A stretch of 62,848 bases of DNA, filler included, from Sphacelaria rigidula (taxonomy: Eukaryota): NCBI GenBank assembly GCA_964200075.2. It is 10 parts of 10 records of this genome, joined end to end, with 100 filler letters (N's around TTAATTAATTAA, not from the genome) between each part and the next. Parts side by side here need not be neighbours in the genome. Positions count along the whole stretch, not along the records: positions 44,066 to 50,260 come from CAXNAA020021605.1; positions 50,361 to 56,554 come from CAXNAA020021606.1; positions 56,655 to 62,848 come from CAXNAA020021607.1; 7 more parts are not named here. One strand, given 5' to 3'. Position 1 is the first letter of the stretch; every line of letters begins with the position of its first letter. A model generated the notes under the pieces. That model worked only from the letters and a program-made list of their open reading frames with translations. It was not told where the DNA came from and made no database searches. The position numbers and the translations under genes are program-made. This document shows positions 49,570 to 61,507 of this stretch, piece by piece.

Positions 49570-50928
49570 CTGTGACAACAGTAAAGATGTACCAATAGTA
49601 CTCAGTGAACATCTGATGATTTCATCATAACAGTCTGGGCCGAAATATAAGCAGGATTTGGAAAAACCAAAATATAAGCCTGATATGAATGGACCGTCCT
49701 AGAGTGACTGTAGAACAGTTCTACAAGCGTAGAAGTATTAAATCATGAAAGTGATTTTCGGAGGACCGGGGATGAAGGGAAAAATCTCCCGGGTTTATAC
49801 GCGGGCATCATTTTTTGCCCTTAGGCCTGCATTTTCGGCCCATTGTAGCTACCCTTGAGAAGCTCCTCGATCAACGCGCGTCTCTCATTTTCATTGAAGT
49901 TTTTTCTGGACACCTAGACCGAAAGGCGTTTTTACGGTGATCGCCACACGAGAGCTCTGACTACCCCTGCTTCGGGTGCTGTTGTCGCGTACAGGACTGT
50001 GCTGTGTTGAAAGAGCAACGGCCTTGACAGTCCCACGAAAACGCCCGGATTACGATGAAAAAAAACGATCGACCAAAATGTTGAAACTGCTGAAGTTTTT
50101 GCGCCAAATGTTCAAATCCTGCTTATATTTCGGCCCAGACTGGTACATAACTTGCACTGCTCATAGACGTTCTGAGAAGCAACGTACACTAGGCTCTTTG
50201 AACGAAAAAATGGGGGCATCTTCGTTCTGAACACGTTGGTTCAGCAGCGTCATGGACATCNNNNNNNNNNNNNNNNNNNNNNNNNNNNNNNNNNNNNNNN
50301 NNNNTTAATTAATTAANNNNNNNNNNNNNNNNNNNNNNNNNNNNNNNNNNNNNNNNNNNNCCCCCCCCGAAAAAACAAATTCACATAGGACCCCAAAATT
50401 TCTGTTCTCGGACTCCAGAGTTGTTTGAAGTGCAGTAATTGTCAACAGCATGAAGGAACGCAGCCATATTTCGCATCCTTCGTGAAAAACTTCCTCCTCA
50501 ATTTTTATGATCGGTCATTATCTATCATACCAAAGATCTGTGGTGGTTCGCCAGCTGTGCAGAACGCTATGGACGCCGCCTCACGACTGGAGTCGATGCG
50601 CGTGCGGTGGTCGTGTTGCCAGAATTCCGAAAGCTACACTGCAAGACCATTGTTTTTTCCTGATTTTTGTTTTGTGATTCGTTCCATTAGTATTATATTA
50701 GTCTTTATCTTTAGCTACAACCCGCGATTCGCCCGACGGCGGCGGCAGACCACCCGCGTAGACGTCTGCACCCAAGGGCGTACCGCACCAAGCTCTGCAC
50801 AACGTCTCCATCAACCCAACGCACGGGTTATCACTTTCTCCTGTGCAAGACAACCGCCAGGGTTACATACACATACCTCCGCAACTCATTTGCATGAAAC
50901 ATGCCTCCAACTTTCTCTACAGGTTCCA

Positions 50929-53030
50929 TCAAAACAAAGTCATCGTCGTGGTCTTTGCCAGCTTCCGATGCCGAATCCTCTCTCTCCGAGCCGCTACACT
51001 CGGAATCTTAATTCCCAATCCAGATTCCGGCTGAATGCTTCGACCCGCCTTCTGGCAACCATGCATGCCGCCGCTGCGCCCCTCTCATCCACGCGGCGTG
51101 TATCAGCAAGACGGTCGATGACGGTCTTCGAGTCGGACCAATTCTTCGTGGTGCCCAGTTGCATGAAGAGTTACTTGAACACCTGCGGCTCCCTCTGCAT
51201 CATCGCTATCGCCTGGTGGGGGAATTTGAGCATGAGACCAAATAAGGGCGGATTGTGCGGGATATACACTCCGTTAGGTATTTGTTTGCCCTCACACCTT
51301 CAATGTATGCCTTTTTGTGAGGTGGGCACGTCGTCTCGTGGGACCACCGAATATGTCCCGCTGCGCGCGACTATAAATCTTGTATCTTTAATGGGAGAAG
51401 CACTCCCGCATCTTCTGAAATATTTCCAGAGACTACTCTTCTCCTACTTGCCCACTCGTGCTTTTATCACGACGGGGACTCTGTACCGGATAGGAAAGAC
51501 AAAGACACAAACTGTGCCTCTGGGGATTTCGAACTCGCAGCTTTCCAAACTTCTCGGCACGAGTATCTCCGATTGGATTACCCGGGCACGGCGCCTAAGT
51601 ACAAACAGCCTTCAATTCATGCGAGCTCAGCTCCAACGTCAAAACAGTCTTATGCCAGCTGCAACGCTGCGCCGCATGCACATGCGCGTCATCTTGTCAT
51701 ATTTCGACACTAACATCCCGACCAATGTTTGAGAAAGTGGTCGAAACGTTAGATACACGTCTAGACAAACAGTACCCGAAACTTGACAACTCTGTTGACC
51801 TGCCTGAGTTCGATCTTGAGGCACCTTTCGATGTGGTCACCTTCACCTGCAACCCTTGGCACCGCGCAACAGAATGCTGCATCGTCGAAGACGGAGGAGA
51901 GGCAACGCTCCCATTGCTCGCCGTCCCTGTGCTAGAGGGGTTCCGTTGTGATATCCGCGGCCACCAGTTCACCTTGCCGGCGGTGCGCGTGCATGAGCGC
52001 CAGATGCCCGGGCAGATTTTCCACAGCCACGCAGGTGGCCGCTACAGTATTCACATGTGCGCCGGCCCCCGCAGCACTCGTCGTCGGCCGAAAATCGCAG
52101 TTGTCCCAAGGAATGGCAGTAGTCCTCAACGCATGGGCCATGAGATGTTTGTCCAACCCCCACTTCACGTAGAACTGCTCCCGCTTGCACCGTATCAACT
52201 CTGTTATGCAGAATCCGTGGGCGGTAATGTAGTCGATGACAGCCATGGGCGCGCCGCCGACATGGCGACATCACCCGCCGCGGCGATGCGAGGCGCATGA
52301 GCAGAACCCCCTTGCCTACCACTCCTTGCCTTCCCCACGGTCGGAAAAAGAAAGTCCGGACCATCACTCGACACATTCAAACGCCACAGACTGTTCAGCA
52401 ATGCTAACAGTGCCGGCGGCGTATCATCCATCAGAAATTGATTCATGGGTTGAATATTCCTCGATATGTCAGCGGCGTATTTCTGGTTCCTATCCCACGA
52501 TACGGTCCTCAGTTCTTGTGTACTTTCGATGCCCATCCTGGCGATAGACCCAGCCGCTATGATCACGGCCCGTTTCTCCTCCACCGAAGCGGCAGCTGTC
52601 CCCCGCTGGAGTGCGGTTTCAACAGGCTGGCCACTCTCGATCTGGGCGGTGAGGCGGGAGACGGAACGCTCCAATTCTCGTGCCCTGGCACGCATATTGC
52701 AAAGTTCGACGTCGGCCGCCATGGCTACCTCGGGCGCCACCACGGAAGGAACGAGATAAATATATTTGCGCCGCCCACCGCATGCAGTCCTCTCGACTCC
52801 GCTTTTATCCTCAAGCTTGGCGTCGACTGTGCCGTCCGCCGCCACCGCATCGAGAATTCTCAATGCTTGCTCCCTGTTGCGCTTGTCTAGAACAGCTCGG
52901 GCGTTTACGACGGTTCTGGCTTCGATCAGCAAGGGTTGAACATCCTCCAGCCCCACAACGCGCCCCGCCTCAACGGCCGCAATTTCTTTCTGGTGTGCTT
53001 CTGCAACGACGTCCGGGTCGGCAGGGGTAG
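50929..53030 (-). pseudogene. Internally deleted copy of the large-ORF element family seen at 11001-12041 (N-terminal region with WDNCDF motif plus C-terminal tail)
   Basis: ORFs 52204-53046 and 51932-52246 (TPPALLALLNSL; VIDYITAHGFC; PWDNCDF...AHVNT). The tail at 50929-51055 aligns with 11001-11128. Interrupted by a SINE and truncated upstream by a LINE. Confidence 0.7.
51281..51592 (-). mobile_element. tRNA-derived SINE family 3
   Basis: Starts GCCGTGCCCGGGTAATCCAATCGG, B-box-like GAGTTCGAAATCCC, CAAA tail. Single copy in the window. Confidence 0.55.
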
Positions 53031-53035
53031 GGCGG

Positions 53036-56000
53036 GGCGTGCTCATGTGTTGCTTGCCTTAGTCGTTTGATCATCGACCGCGCATCCCTTTCGAGACGGA
53101 GCACCAGTGCTACTCCTAATTGAGCCACCTTCAACATTCCGGCGCTCATCATGTTTCCTCCATACATTACGCAAAAATCTTCTAAATATTTTATTCCCGT
53201 CCTGTTTCGCGGTGTGTGGCCACCACCTATCTCCTTGTATAGACATATCGTTTTCTCGCTCCTGTCTAATGTATCAAACGATCTCATATCGTCTTCGTTC
53301 ACGTTCCGCATTTTCCCCTCTAGCACGTCCCGTTCCTCCTTGTATAGTTCACATTCTGCAACTATATGACTTTTGCTCTCTTTTGCTTTGCCACAGGGGC
53401 AGTTCTGTGCGTCTGCTTCCTCCTTCTTTCGACGACTGTTATATTTCTTTCTTCTTTCTGGCAGGTTCAGGTCCCCCACCCGAAATCGTAGATTCAAATG
53501 TTCCGCAGCGTCCGTTGGGTCACACAGATACTTTTTCATCCCTATCCCCTCTCGCAACCTCCCGTATATCTTCAGGTGTTGTTCTTCCTCGCCCACTTTG
53601 CGTCTTAGCGCTCCTTTTCCCCTTATTTTTATCATGTCTCTTATTTTTGTCTTGTACCCCGCACCTTTACCTATGGGCAGTATTTCGTCTTGGTTTCCTC
53701 TTACCCCCTTCCATACTTTCTCGACTTCTTTGTCCTACCTTATTCCAGCCTTCCCTTTCGTACTTCCGTTGAGTCATGCAGATACTTTTTCATCCCTATC
53801 CCCTCTCGCAACCCCCCGTATATCTTCAGGTGTTCTTCCTCGCCCACTTTGCGTCTGAGCGCTCCTTTTCCCCTTACTTCTATCATGTCTCTTATTTTTG
53901 TCTTGTACCCCGAGCCTTCGCCTATGGGTAGTATTTCGTCTTGGTTTCCTCTTACCTCCTTCCATACTTTCTCGACTTCTTCGTCCTACCTTATTCCAGC
54001 CTTCCCTTTCGTACTTTTCTTCCATGCAGCCCTATCAACTTTAGCTGGCAATCTTTCTCTCTGCATGTTCTTTACGCTATATTGCCAACTCAATTTTCTC
54101 ATGTCTCTGTTTTAAGTGAGTAATTCCCAACTCTGCTGTCAGTGTTGCATTACTCGTCGTTTTCGAGCATCCCAGTATACTCTTAGTTGCTGCCATCTGT
54201 ACTATTTCCAACTTCTCAGCCAGTTTCACGTTCCCCTCCCATACTTCTACTGCATGTTCCAGCTTTGGTACGATCACGTTCATCAGGATACATATCATAA
54301 TCCTAGTATCTAGGTGCGAGTTTCGGAGGACCACGTCCATCCGCCCTATCTGTGCCTTACCCTTCTCTATTACTTTGTTTATGTGTGCGTCCCAAGAACA
54401 GTGTGTTGGCATCTCTACGCCAACGTATGCATACTGATCTACGATCGGCAGTTCCTCTTCTCCCTATTTCCACTTGAACTTTACCGGATTTCTCTTATCT
54501 TCGCTACAGACGAGTACCGCGCATTTGTTAACATTCGCTGTTCCTCTCCACTTCCAAGTGTATTCTAGCGCCTCTTCTATTTTTTTTGCAATCCTTCTGC
54601 TGTTCCTGAAATCCCCACAAAATCATCTGCGAACATCAATCCTGATATCACATCTTCACCCACCTTGACTGCTTGATTGCTGATTGCTATTATCAAGTCA
54701 TTCATGAATACCTTGAACAAAGTGGGTGATAACGTACATCCTTGTGCAACGGCTTGTAAGATATCGAAATATTTCGATATTTCCTCGTCTAGCATCATGG
54801 CACTTTTGGCGTATTCTGTCATCTTCTTGACCATTCTCCACATCTTTTCTCTGATCCCAGCTTCCCACAGCTTTTCCCACAGCCCATTCCTCCATACTGT
54901 GTCATACGCCTTTTGCACGCCCAGAAAGAAACAGTACGTTGCCAGCCCGGTGTCCTTATTACCTTGAATGATCTTACCTAGTGTGTACACATGGTCTACG
55001 CAACTACGGTTGGGCCTAAAACCCGCTTGTCCCTCGCCGATTTTTTCGTCTTTTTCTAGCATCGTTCCTACTCTATCATCCAAAATCTTACAGAACGTTT
55101 CCCTTACCGTGCGCAGTAGGTTTATCCCTCTATAATTCCCTGGGTCAACCTTGTCTCCCTTTATAAAAAGATTGACGACTACTACTTCTCTCCACCTCTT
55201 GAGTGCGTACTCGTTTTCCCGTATCCAGTTGTACAGTATAACCATCATGGTGATCATTCCTTCCCCCCCATGTTTCACAAATCCATTCACTTTTCCGTCT
55301 GCCCCTGCTGCCTTTTTGTTGTTCAGTTTAGCTACGCACTCCCTTACTTCACCTCTGGTAAATTATCCCTGCAGTTCTTCAAACCACTATTCTCCCGTTT
55401 TGACTTCGCTACATTTGCTTCTGCCCACTCGTTGATCTATTTCTCGAATTCCGTGTCGAACGTCGTGTTAGTTTTTGGTGTTCCTAGTTTACGGTAGTGC
55501 TCGACTAGCACTTCTTTCTTCCCCTTCGAAATGCTGACCATTTTACTGTTCTGTGCCCGTAGTGTGACTATCCCGTTGTCTATTTTTCTNNNNNNNNNNC
55601 CCCACAATCCCTTTTATCTCTACCCACATTTGCTTCATCCCGCCATCGGAATCTTCATATGTTTTATCCACTAAATCTTCCCATACTCCCTTCTTTTTCT
55701 TCTGTACCATCTTTTTCACTTCCTTCCGAGCTTTAGTATACTCCTGCCATCCTACCGTAGATTTTCTTCACATCCATCTCGCGTGGACCTCTCTCCTTAC
55801 TCTGATGGCCTCTTTCACTTCCTCATTCCACCATTTTACTGCTCTGTTGCATACGATCAGTTTCTTCCCTATGACTTTACTCGCTGTGTTTTTGACCAGC
55901 TGCTCCCATCCTTCTACAACCTTCGCTCCTGCCCGATTTTTTTTCATTTCGGTATTAACTGTGCGTACGCGTTCCAACAGTTCGCAAAATTTCACTGCAT

Positions 56001-56470
56001 TTCTGGCCATCTCTTCTTAGCATTCATGCTGTTTTTTTTTCATATCTACTTCATTGATTCTCCATTTGTACAACTTTCTACCCCGCTCATTTCTTTTAGC
56101 TCTCGTTTGTTGGCTTTCTGTCCATATTAGGCAGTGACCTGTGGCTCCCACGTTCTCCGCGCATATACGTATTTCCATTTCTTCGCTATTTCCATGCTCT
56201 ACCGCTATATAATCAAGAACGGAGCGTTCTCTCTTTTTTCGTCTGCATTCCCTCGTCCATGTCCATTGCGCCTCCAGCTTTAGTACTCTATCGTTCAGCG
56301 TCTTCATCTCGTTATGCTCAAGGTACTTGAGCATTTCTACCCCAATTCATGTTCTTCTTATCTCCCTCGCATTGTCCAATGATATCATCTGGTGTACCTG
56401 CTTTTCCTATACTTGCATTAAAATCTCCCACTAACATTACTTCCCCTTGCCTGCTGTACTTATGTACGAG
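53036..56470 (-). mobile_element. RTEX-like LINE family B, long copy (partial APE, RT, CCHC knuckle, 3' tail) with ~250-bp internal duplication
   Basis: VGDFN, LDYI, GNYRGI, GQAGFR, QGCTLSP, FADD, RFRVGDL and CPCG..ESKSHIVAEC motifs; duplication 53512-53765 / 53766-54016. Confidence 0.93.
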
Positions 56471-56481
56471 TCATACCACGA

Positions 56482-56554
56482 TGGGGGGGGTGTACTCATG
56501 ATCATGCATGCCATAGTCATAAGACCATTGACCTCGCATCCCTACAATGCCGGG
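56482..56554 (-). mobile_element. LINE family A tail
   Basis: Reverse complement GGGATGCGAGGTCAATGGTCTTATGACTATGGCATGCATGATCATGAGTACACCCCCCCC. Confidence 0.85.
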
Positions 56555-57656
56555 NNNNNNNNNNNNNNNNNNNNNNNNNNNNNNNNNNNNNNNNNNNNTT
56601 AATTAATTAANNNNNNNNNNNNNNNNNNNNNNNNNNNNNNNNNNNNNNNNNNNNGTGCATGCAGCTGCCGTACAGTACCCCATTCGAGGAACTCGGCGGT
56701 CTGGTTGGTGAGATACCGCACAAAGCATTTTTACGCCTGGGGGGGGCATTTCGGAACTGAGACTGTTTTAGGCACCAATCGGTTTTTCCTCAAAGAGGGG
56801 ATCTTTTGTTGCAATGGACTCACTAGGTCGCTGCGATCAAGGGATGTGTCAAATTGATCGTGTAGGTGACAGCTTTTGTTGAAGCCACCGCTTCACCAGC
56901 TGGTCGCATTACTCCTCGAACCGTGGCGATGTCCAAATCGACGGGAAAGTCAACTGTTTCGCGTCTCACTTTGAATCCGATGTTACACTCTGAATCTCAC
57001 GAATACAGTGTTGAAAGTGTCAGGCCATCTGACACACTTATGAGCCCTTGTTTCCGTAGATCAAACACCCCGCCCCCCACCCCCCGTATCGTAGCATGAC
57101 TCATCGGCTAAAATATGGTTACGGTATAACCCTTCTGCCGGCCGCACCGATGATTTATGGTGAGACTTCCGCTCAATTCGGAGGTGGTATTGCAACTTGT
57201 TCACCGTTTCAGTCCGGTACAGAGATGGTATTGCGGGGTTTATACTGTTGCCGTCGGGTTCATAGATCATCATCTAGGATTTTTCTGGTCTTCCCACGGT
57301 CATGTGAGCGTACTCTGCACATGACAGGTCATGAAATTATCTTTGTTACTGACCAGAAGACGTAGATGCAGACGCATTCTTACTGCATGCAGCGTCGGTA
57401 CCCTTTCTGTCACGATCTCAACGTTTCCACCGGGACCGGATTTTTGCGTTCATATTGCCTTGCCTTCCCTTTCCTTTCCTCCCTCTTCTGTTGATGTATT
57501 TTCGTGTCTTGACTGTTGAGTTCACTCTAGTTGCCCGTGACTTCACTTTTTATTCGTATTTTTCCTTTGTCGATTTACACTCAAAATGACAGATATGTGG
57601 CATTGAAAATACACCTACACTCGTTCACAGTTGAAGAGTGGAGCCCTTTGTTTTAA

Positions 57657-57754
57657 CCCTTAGACCGCGAGATTAGTCCTTTTGGATCATGCAATCTTTT
57701 TTTCACTTGAAATTGATGCCGATTCAACAGGAGATTAACCTCGCGGTCCAAGGG
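57657..57754. mobile_element. piggyBac-like MITE
   Basis: TTAA TSD, CCC termini, TIR CCCTT(A/G)GACCGCGAG; second copy at 59763. Confidence 0.9.
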
Positions 57755-59163
57755 TTAACCTTCAATTTTTGGGTTCGAACACTGAATCTTCAATCCTCTC
57801 ACGGCACCTACTGGATAACCCCTTGAACAACAACATATCTGCGCACATTCGGGGGAAAAGATGTCAGCCAAGCCGTGCAGCAAGAAATTTAAATAGCGCG
57901 TGATCAGCGACGTTGCTGGCGTGATGAGCGATGAAGCCCTACGAGAATCACTCAAAAGATCAGCCGACAAAGCATTTACTTCCTTGCGCGTACTGGTCCA
58001 CAACGCGCCGGGCACTGCCGTAGAAGTTGTTTATGGTGTCACCTCGACATCGTGCAAAGGGAAACCATACATCTGGTGAAACGAAGACCGTGTTCCGTAG
58101 AAATCTATTCACTGCGTCCAGAAAATGACCCCAACCCTCCATTCCCTACCTCTACTATTGAATCGACCTTCGCTTGTGAGCATGCACAGTATGACTGCTG
58201 CCGAGATAGCCCCCCCCCCCAAACCGGCCAAAACCGTGCACGGAGGCGATGATCATAACTGCCGCTGAAGCTGGTTTCGTGCTCCACGACGCGACTGATT
58301 TGGGCGTTATAGCCGATTTCGGACTGCTACACGCCTCTCGTGTGGGCGAAATTGCTGCAAACGAGCCCAATTGTAGGATCGCAGCCGGTTCGTTGGATGG
58401 TGCCGGTGCACTTTTTGTGGGGGAGGCTATCCCGGTATTAGTCGTATAAAGACCATAGTTTGGCTCGCATGAAGCATCCTCAACAGCTCTGGAAATGCCG
58501 GACTACCATCGTACACGTGGGCACCACTGGGGAGTCCGTTTCTGATACACTCTAAAAAAATACATCGATGCGAACGATAGCAGCCAAGGCGTTAAGCACA
58601 GCTTCATTGGTTACAGAAGCTAAAACATCCGCACCGAGACCATTCCTTGGATGTGCGGAAAGCCTGAATATTCACAATTATCAATATGGCACCAAGATGA
58701 CGTACCAGAACAGCATTTTTCTCGTTCGAGCTTGACACCCAAGCGGTGGAATTTGCGGAACTGCGTAGGACGCGCAAGGCAATTAGAGCGGACGTATAGG
58801 TCTATCATCGGGAGATTTTAGGATTTCCACCTTCGTCCGTTTCACGCGTCCTTCGGCAAGCGATGGTGCGTTCGGGGTGAACGGATGGGGACGCCATCCA
58901 GCACACCGGAGACAATTATCTGGCACTTCAACTCGCAGTCTCGGTAGCCAAGTTTTACTCTCTTCGGCTTAGCAGTGTCCAACGTCGAACGTCCAATGTA
59001 TGGTGGGTAAAATTTGGAGACAACTGATATTTTGGCCCATACACTCGTTGTGGCTGGTCAAGTGAGCATATATATGTCGAATAGAAATACTATTTTCCCT
59101 GTTCATCTCTTCACAAGACTTTTCAGGCGTCGCTTCTGCGTCTGGCATCGTCATGGGAGGAAA

Positions 59164-59725
59164 CACGAGCTGGGCCAGCAGTAAATCCCGCGTTCACTTT
59201 CCACACGACACCTTCTCAAGTTTCGCAAATCAGCGCGACGTGAGCATATCGCTGTGAACTCCAGACCAACCTAGCAACACACGGCACCGCCGCTGAATGA
59301 AGGGAAAGCGTGCAGAAAAAAATACTACATAATATATCATAGTTACGATGGGACGAAAAACAAATAATATATGCCGGGAATCGAACCCATGACCTTCATG
59401 TCTGGAGTCTCCTGTATCATTGGGATTGAAGGTGCGCGGCCGTGTTACACGAAAAGTGCGATGCGGGGCCCAATTTGAGGTGTTTTTGGCCGAAACTCCA
59501 CCAGGAGTTTCTGAACGCGAGTGCCCACAACATTGTTCGGGGGGCAGCCGTATTTATAATTTTTTCACAGAGTTGAAGCATTTTTCCTCTGCATCCCCAA
59601 TAATGTTGCGCCGCGCCGGTTGATGATAAAAATACCGTGTCATAGTTCGAGCGATCAAATTTCCGAATTACAAATCGCATCGCCAGGTTTCATTAAAAAA
59701 ACACTGTCAGCTGGCCCAGCTCGTG
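59164..59725. mobile_element. MITE with 16-bp TIR and an internal tRNA B-box-like segment
   Basis: CACGAGCTGGGCCAGC (59164-59179) and its perfect reverse complement (59710-59725); homologue at 8337. Confidence 0.8.
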
Positions 59726-59762
59726 GTCAACCGCCGAAACTCCTCATATTTTGCGTCATTAA

Positions 59763-59859
59763 CCCTTAGACCGCGAGGTTAGTCTTTCTGATCATGCATA
59801 CTATTTTTCACTTGAAATCGATGCCGATTCAACAGAAGACTATCCTCGCGGTCTAAGGG
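59763..59859. mobile_element. piggyBac-like MITE
   Basis: TTAA TSD; perfect 16-bp TIR CCCTTAGACCGCGAGG. Confidence 0.92.
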
Positions 59860-60717
59860 TTAAACACCACGCGCACGGACACACGACAAAAGGAAAATAA
59901 CTTGTACCCGTGAACGCGTCACACCAGGCCTCAACAGCACACACACATGAATCAGCACAACAAAAGCTTTGATATTGACAGTTTCCCACTCCTACTTTAC
60001 CATCTACGGTGTCACGAACAGCAGCCTCCGGGTTCGATCAAATATCGGCACACTCTCGATCCGGGACATGGACAGTAGAGGGAGTACTTCGACACCGGGT
60101 TGGGTATCGAAGTACTGTGGGGCTCGATGGGAACCGTACGTTTCAAGTCGGCAAACAGCACAAAAACAGGCTTGTCGAAGGGAAAAGGGGCAAGTGCTCA
60201 GAAATGCACATCACACCGAAGGGATGGTTTACCCCAGCAGAACTGTGAAAGAGGAGACACCCCTGCCAAGTTGAGCTGTACAAGGCAAACGATGCCTGGT
60301 GGGCCTTGTTCATCGCACTACTTTTTGTCTCAAAAATAAGAACGGGCACCGCACCAATACCAGAGGTAAAAGGGTGTGTCTGGTCTGGCATATGGTACAA
60401 TGTGTCGCACTCGGCGAGGCAGAGACTTCCGCCATCACCCAACACTGGCAAAATATTGTTCGAGCAGCTCACCTGTGAGCCGGTTGTTGCTCAGGTTCAG
60501 CCACCTTGAAGCAGTAAGCTATCCCAGCTCTTGGGGGATATCACCTGTGCCGAGTAAAGAAAGCAGCGCGGAACGATGACTAACACAACGGAACATTTCC
60601 AATCGGCACGAAATGCTCGTACACCGTGAGGACAGCCGCCGGTTGGTTTACCTCGCTATGAACGATGTGGGTGTTCATGTTTCTCGGCTACGCGCTAGGA
60701 TTCATCCCCCCATAGGG

Positions 60718-60791
60718 GAGTGTTCCTCCGTCTCGAAAGGGATGCGTGATCAATGGTCTGACGACTAAGGCAAGCAACAAATGAGTACGCC
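60718..60791 (+). mobile_element. LINE family B tail
   Basis: CTCCGTCTCGAAAGGGATGCGTGATCAATGGTC...AGGCAAGCAACAAATGAGTACGCC followed by a C-run. Confidence 0.85.
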
Positions 60792-61025
60792 GCTCCCCCC
60801 CCCCCCCCCCCCCCCCCGTGAGAAACACACCCGCACAGGCAAAGGCCGCCGGCCGGCGCGGACGGCGAAGTGTGNNNNNNNNNNCCCCCCCCCCCAAAGG
60901 GGGGGGGTAAAAAAGGGCCCCCGCCCCCCCCCCCCCCCAAAAGGGGACCCCCCCCCCCCCCCCCCCCCCCCCATAGTGGTTAGACACCCCATGAGGCAGT
61001 GTAAAAGCCGCGGCTGTCTCTGGAA

Positions 61026-61403
61026 TGTTTATGTGAACAGGTACACTGAGTGAACATGCACACGCGCGGATAGATTAATGCGGACGTGCGGGTACTGGTT
61101 GTAATGCGTGAGAGGACCGCGTGCTTAGAGGACCGCATCGGAATTTGAACATCCCCATGGTAAGGGTTATGGTTATGGTTAGTGTTGGGGGTAGGGTCAG
61201 GGGCGTGGTACCTGCGAGGACTGGCCCGATTGGTTTTGAAAAACATCGATCCTGCGATGTTTTGAACTACGGCGCGGTCCTCTAAGCACGCGGTCCTCTC
61301 ACGCATTACACTGGTAGTCGAGTGTGTGTGACTACAGCACTCTGCTCACGGCAGCTACGACGCTGCCTGCTGAGCCCACTCAACATCTGATCCCTCAGTC
61401 ATA
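61026..61403 (+). mobile_element. Copia 5' LTR (contains a MITE)
   Basis: TGT start; aligns with the LTR at 41536-42980; directly upstream of a gag-like ORF. Confidence 0.8.
61100..61310. mobile_element. TGT...ACA MITE (Ginger-like termini), 37-bp TIR, 5-bp TSD
   Basis: Perfect TIR 61100-61136 / 61274-61310; CTGGT duplicated; the empty site is visible in the homologous LTR near 41601-41615. Confidence 0.92.
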
Positions 61404-61507
61404 GGGTTGACTCAGTCTAGGCACTCTCCAAATAATGCAAAAGATGAAACTATCTATCCTTCGCCACGGGCCACGGAATACACTGGTGTTACAACCGGTT
61501 GGGCAGA

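Noticed and set aside
50425..51732. 435-aa plus-strand ORF
   Set aside because: No recognisable motifs. It runs antisense across the element tail and a SINE insertion, so it is most likely a shadow ORF.
56700..59160. Possible decayed coding sequence on the minus strand
   Set aside because: Fragmentary frames with no recognisable domain or consistent splice phases.
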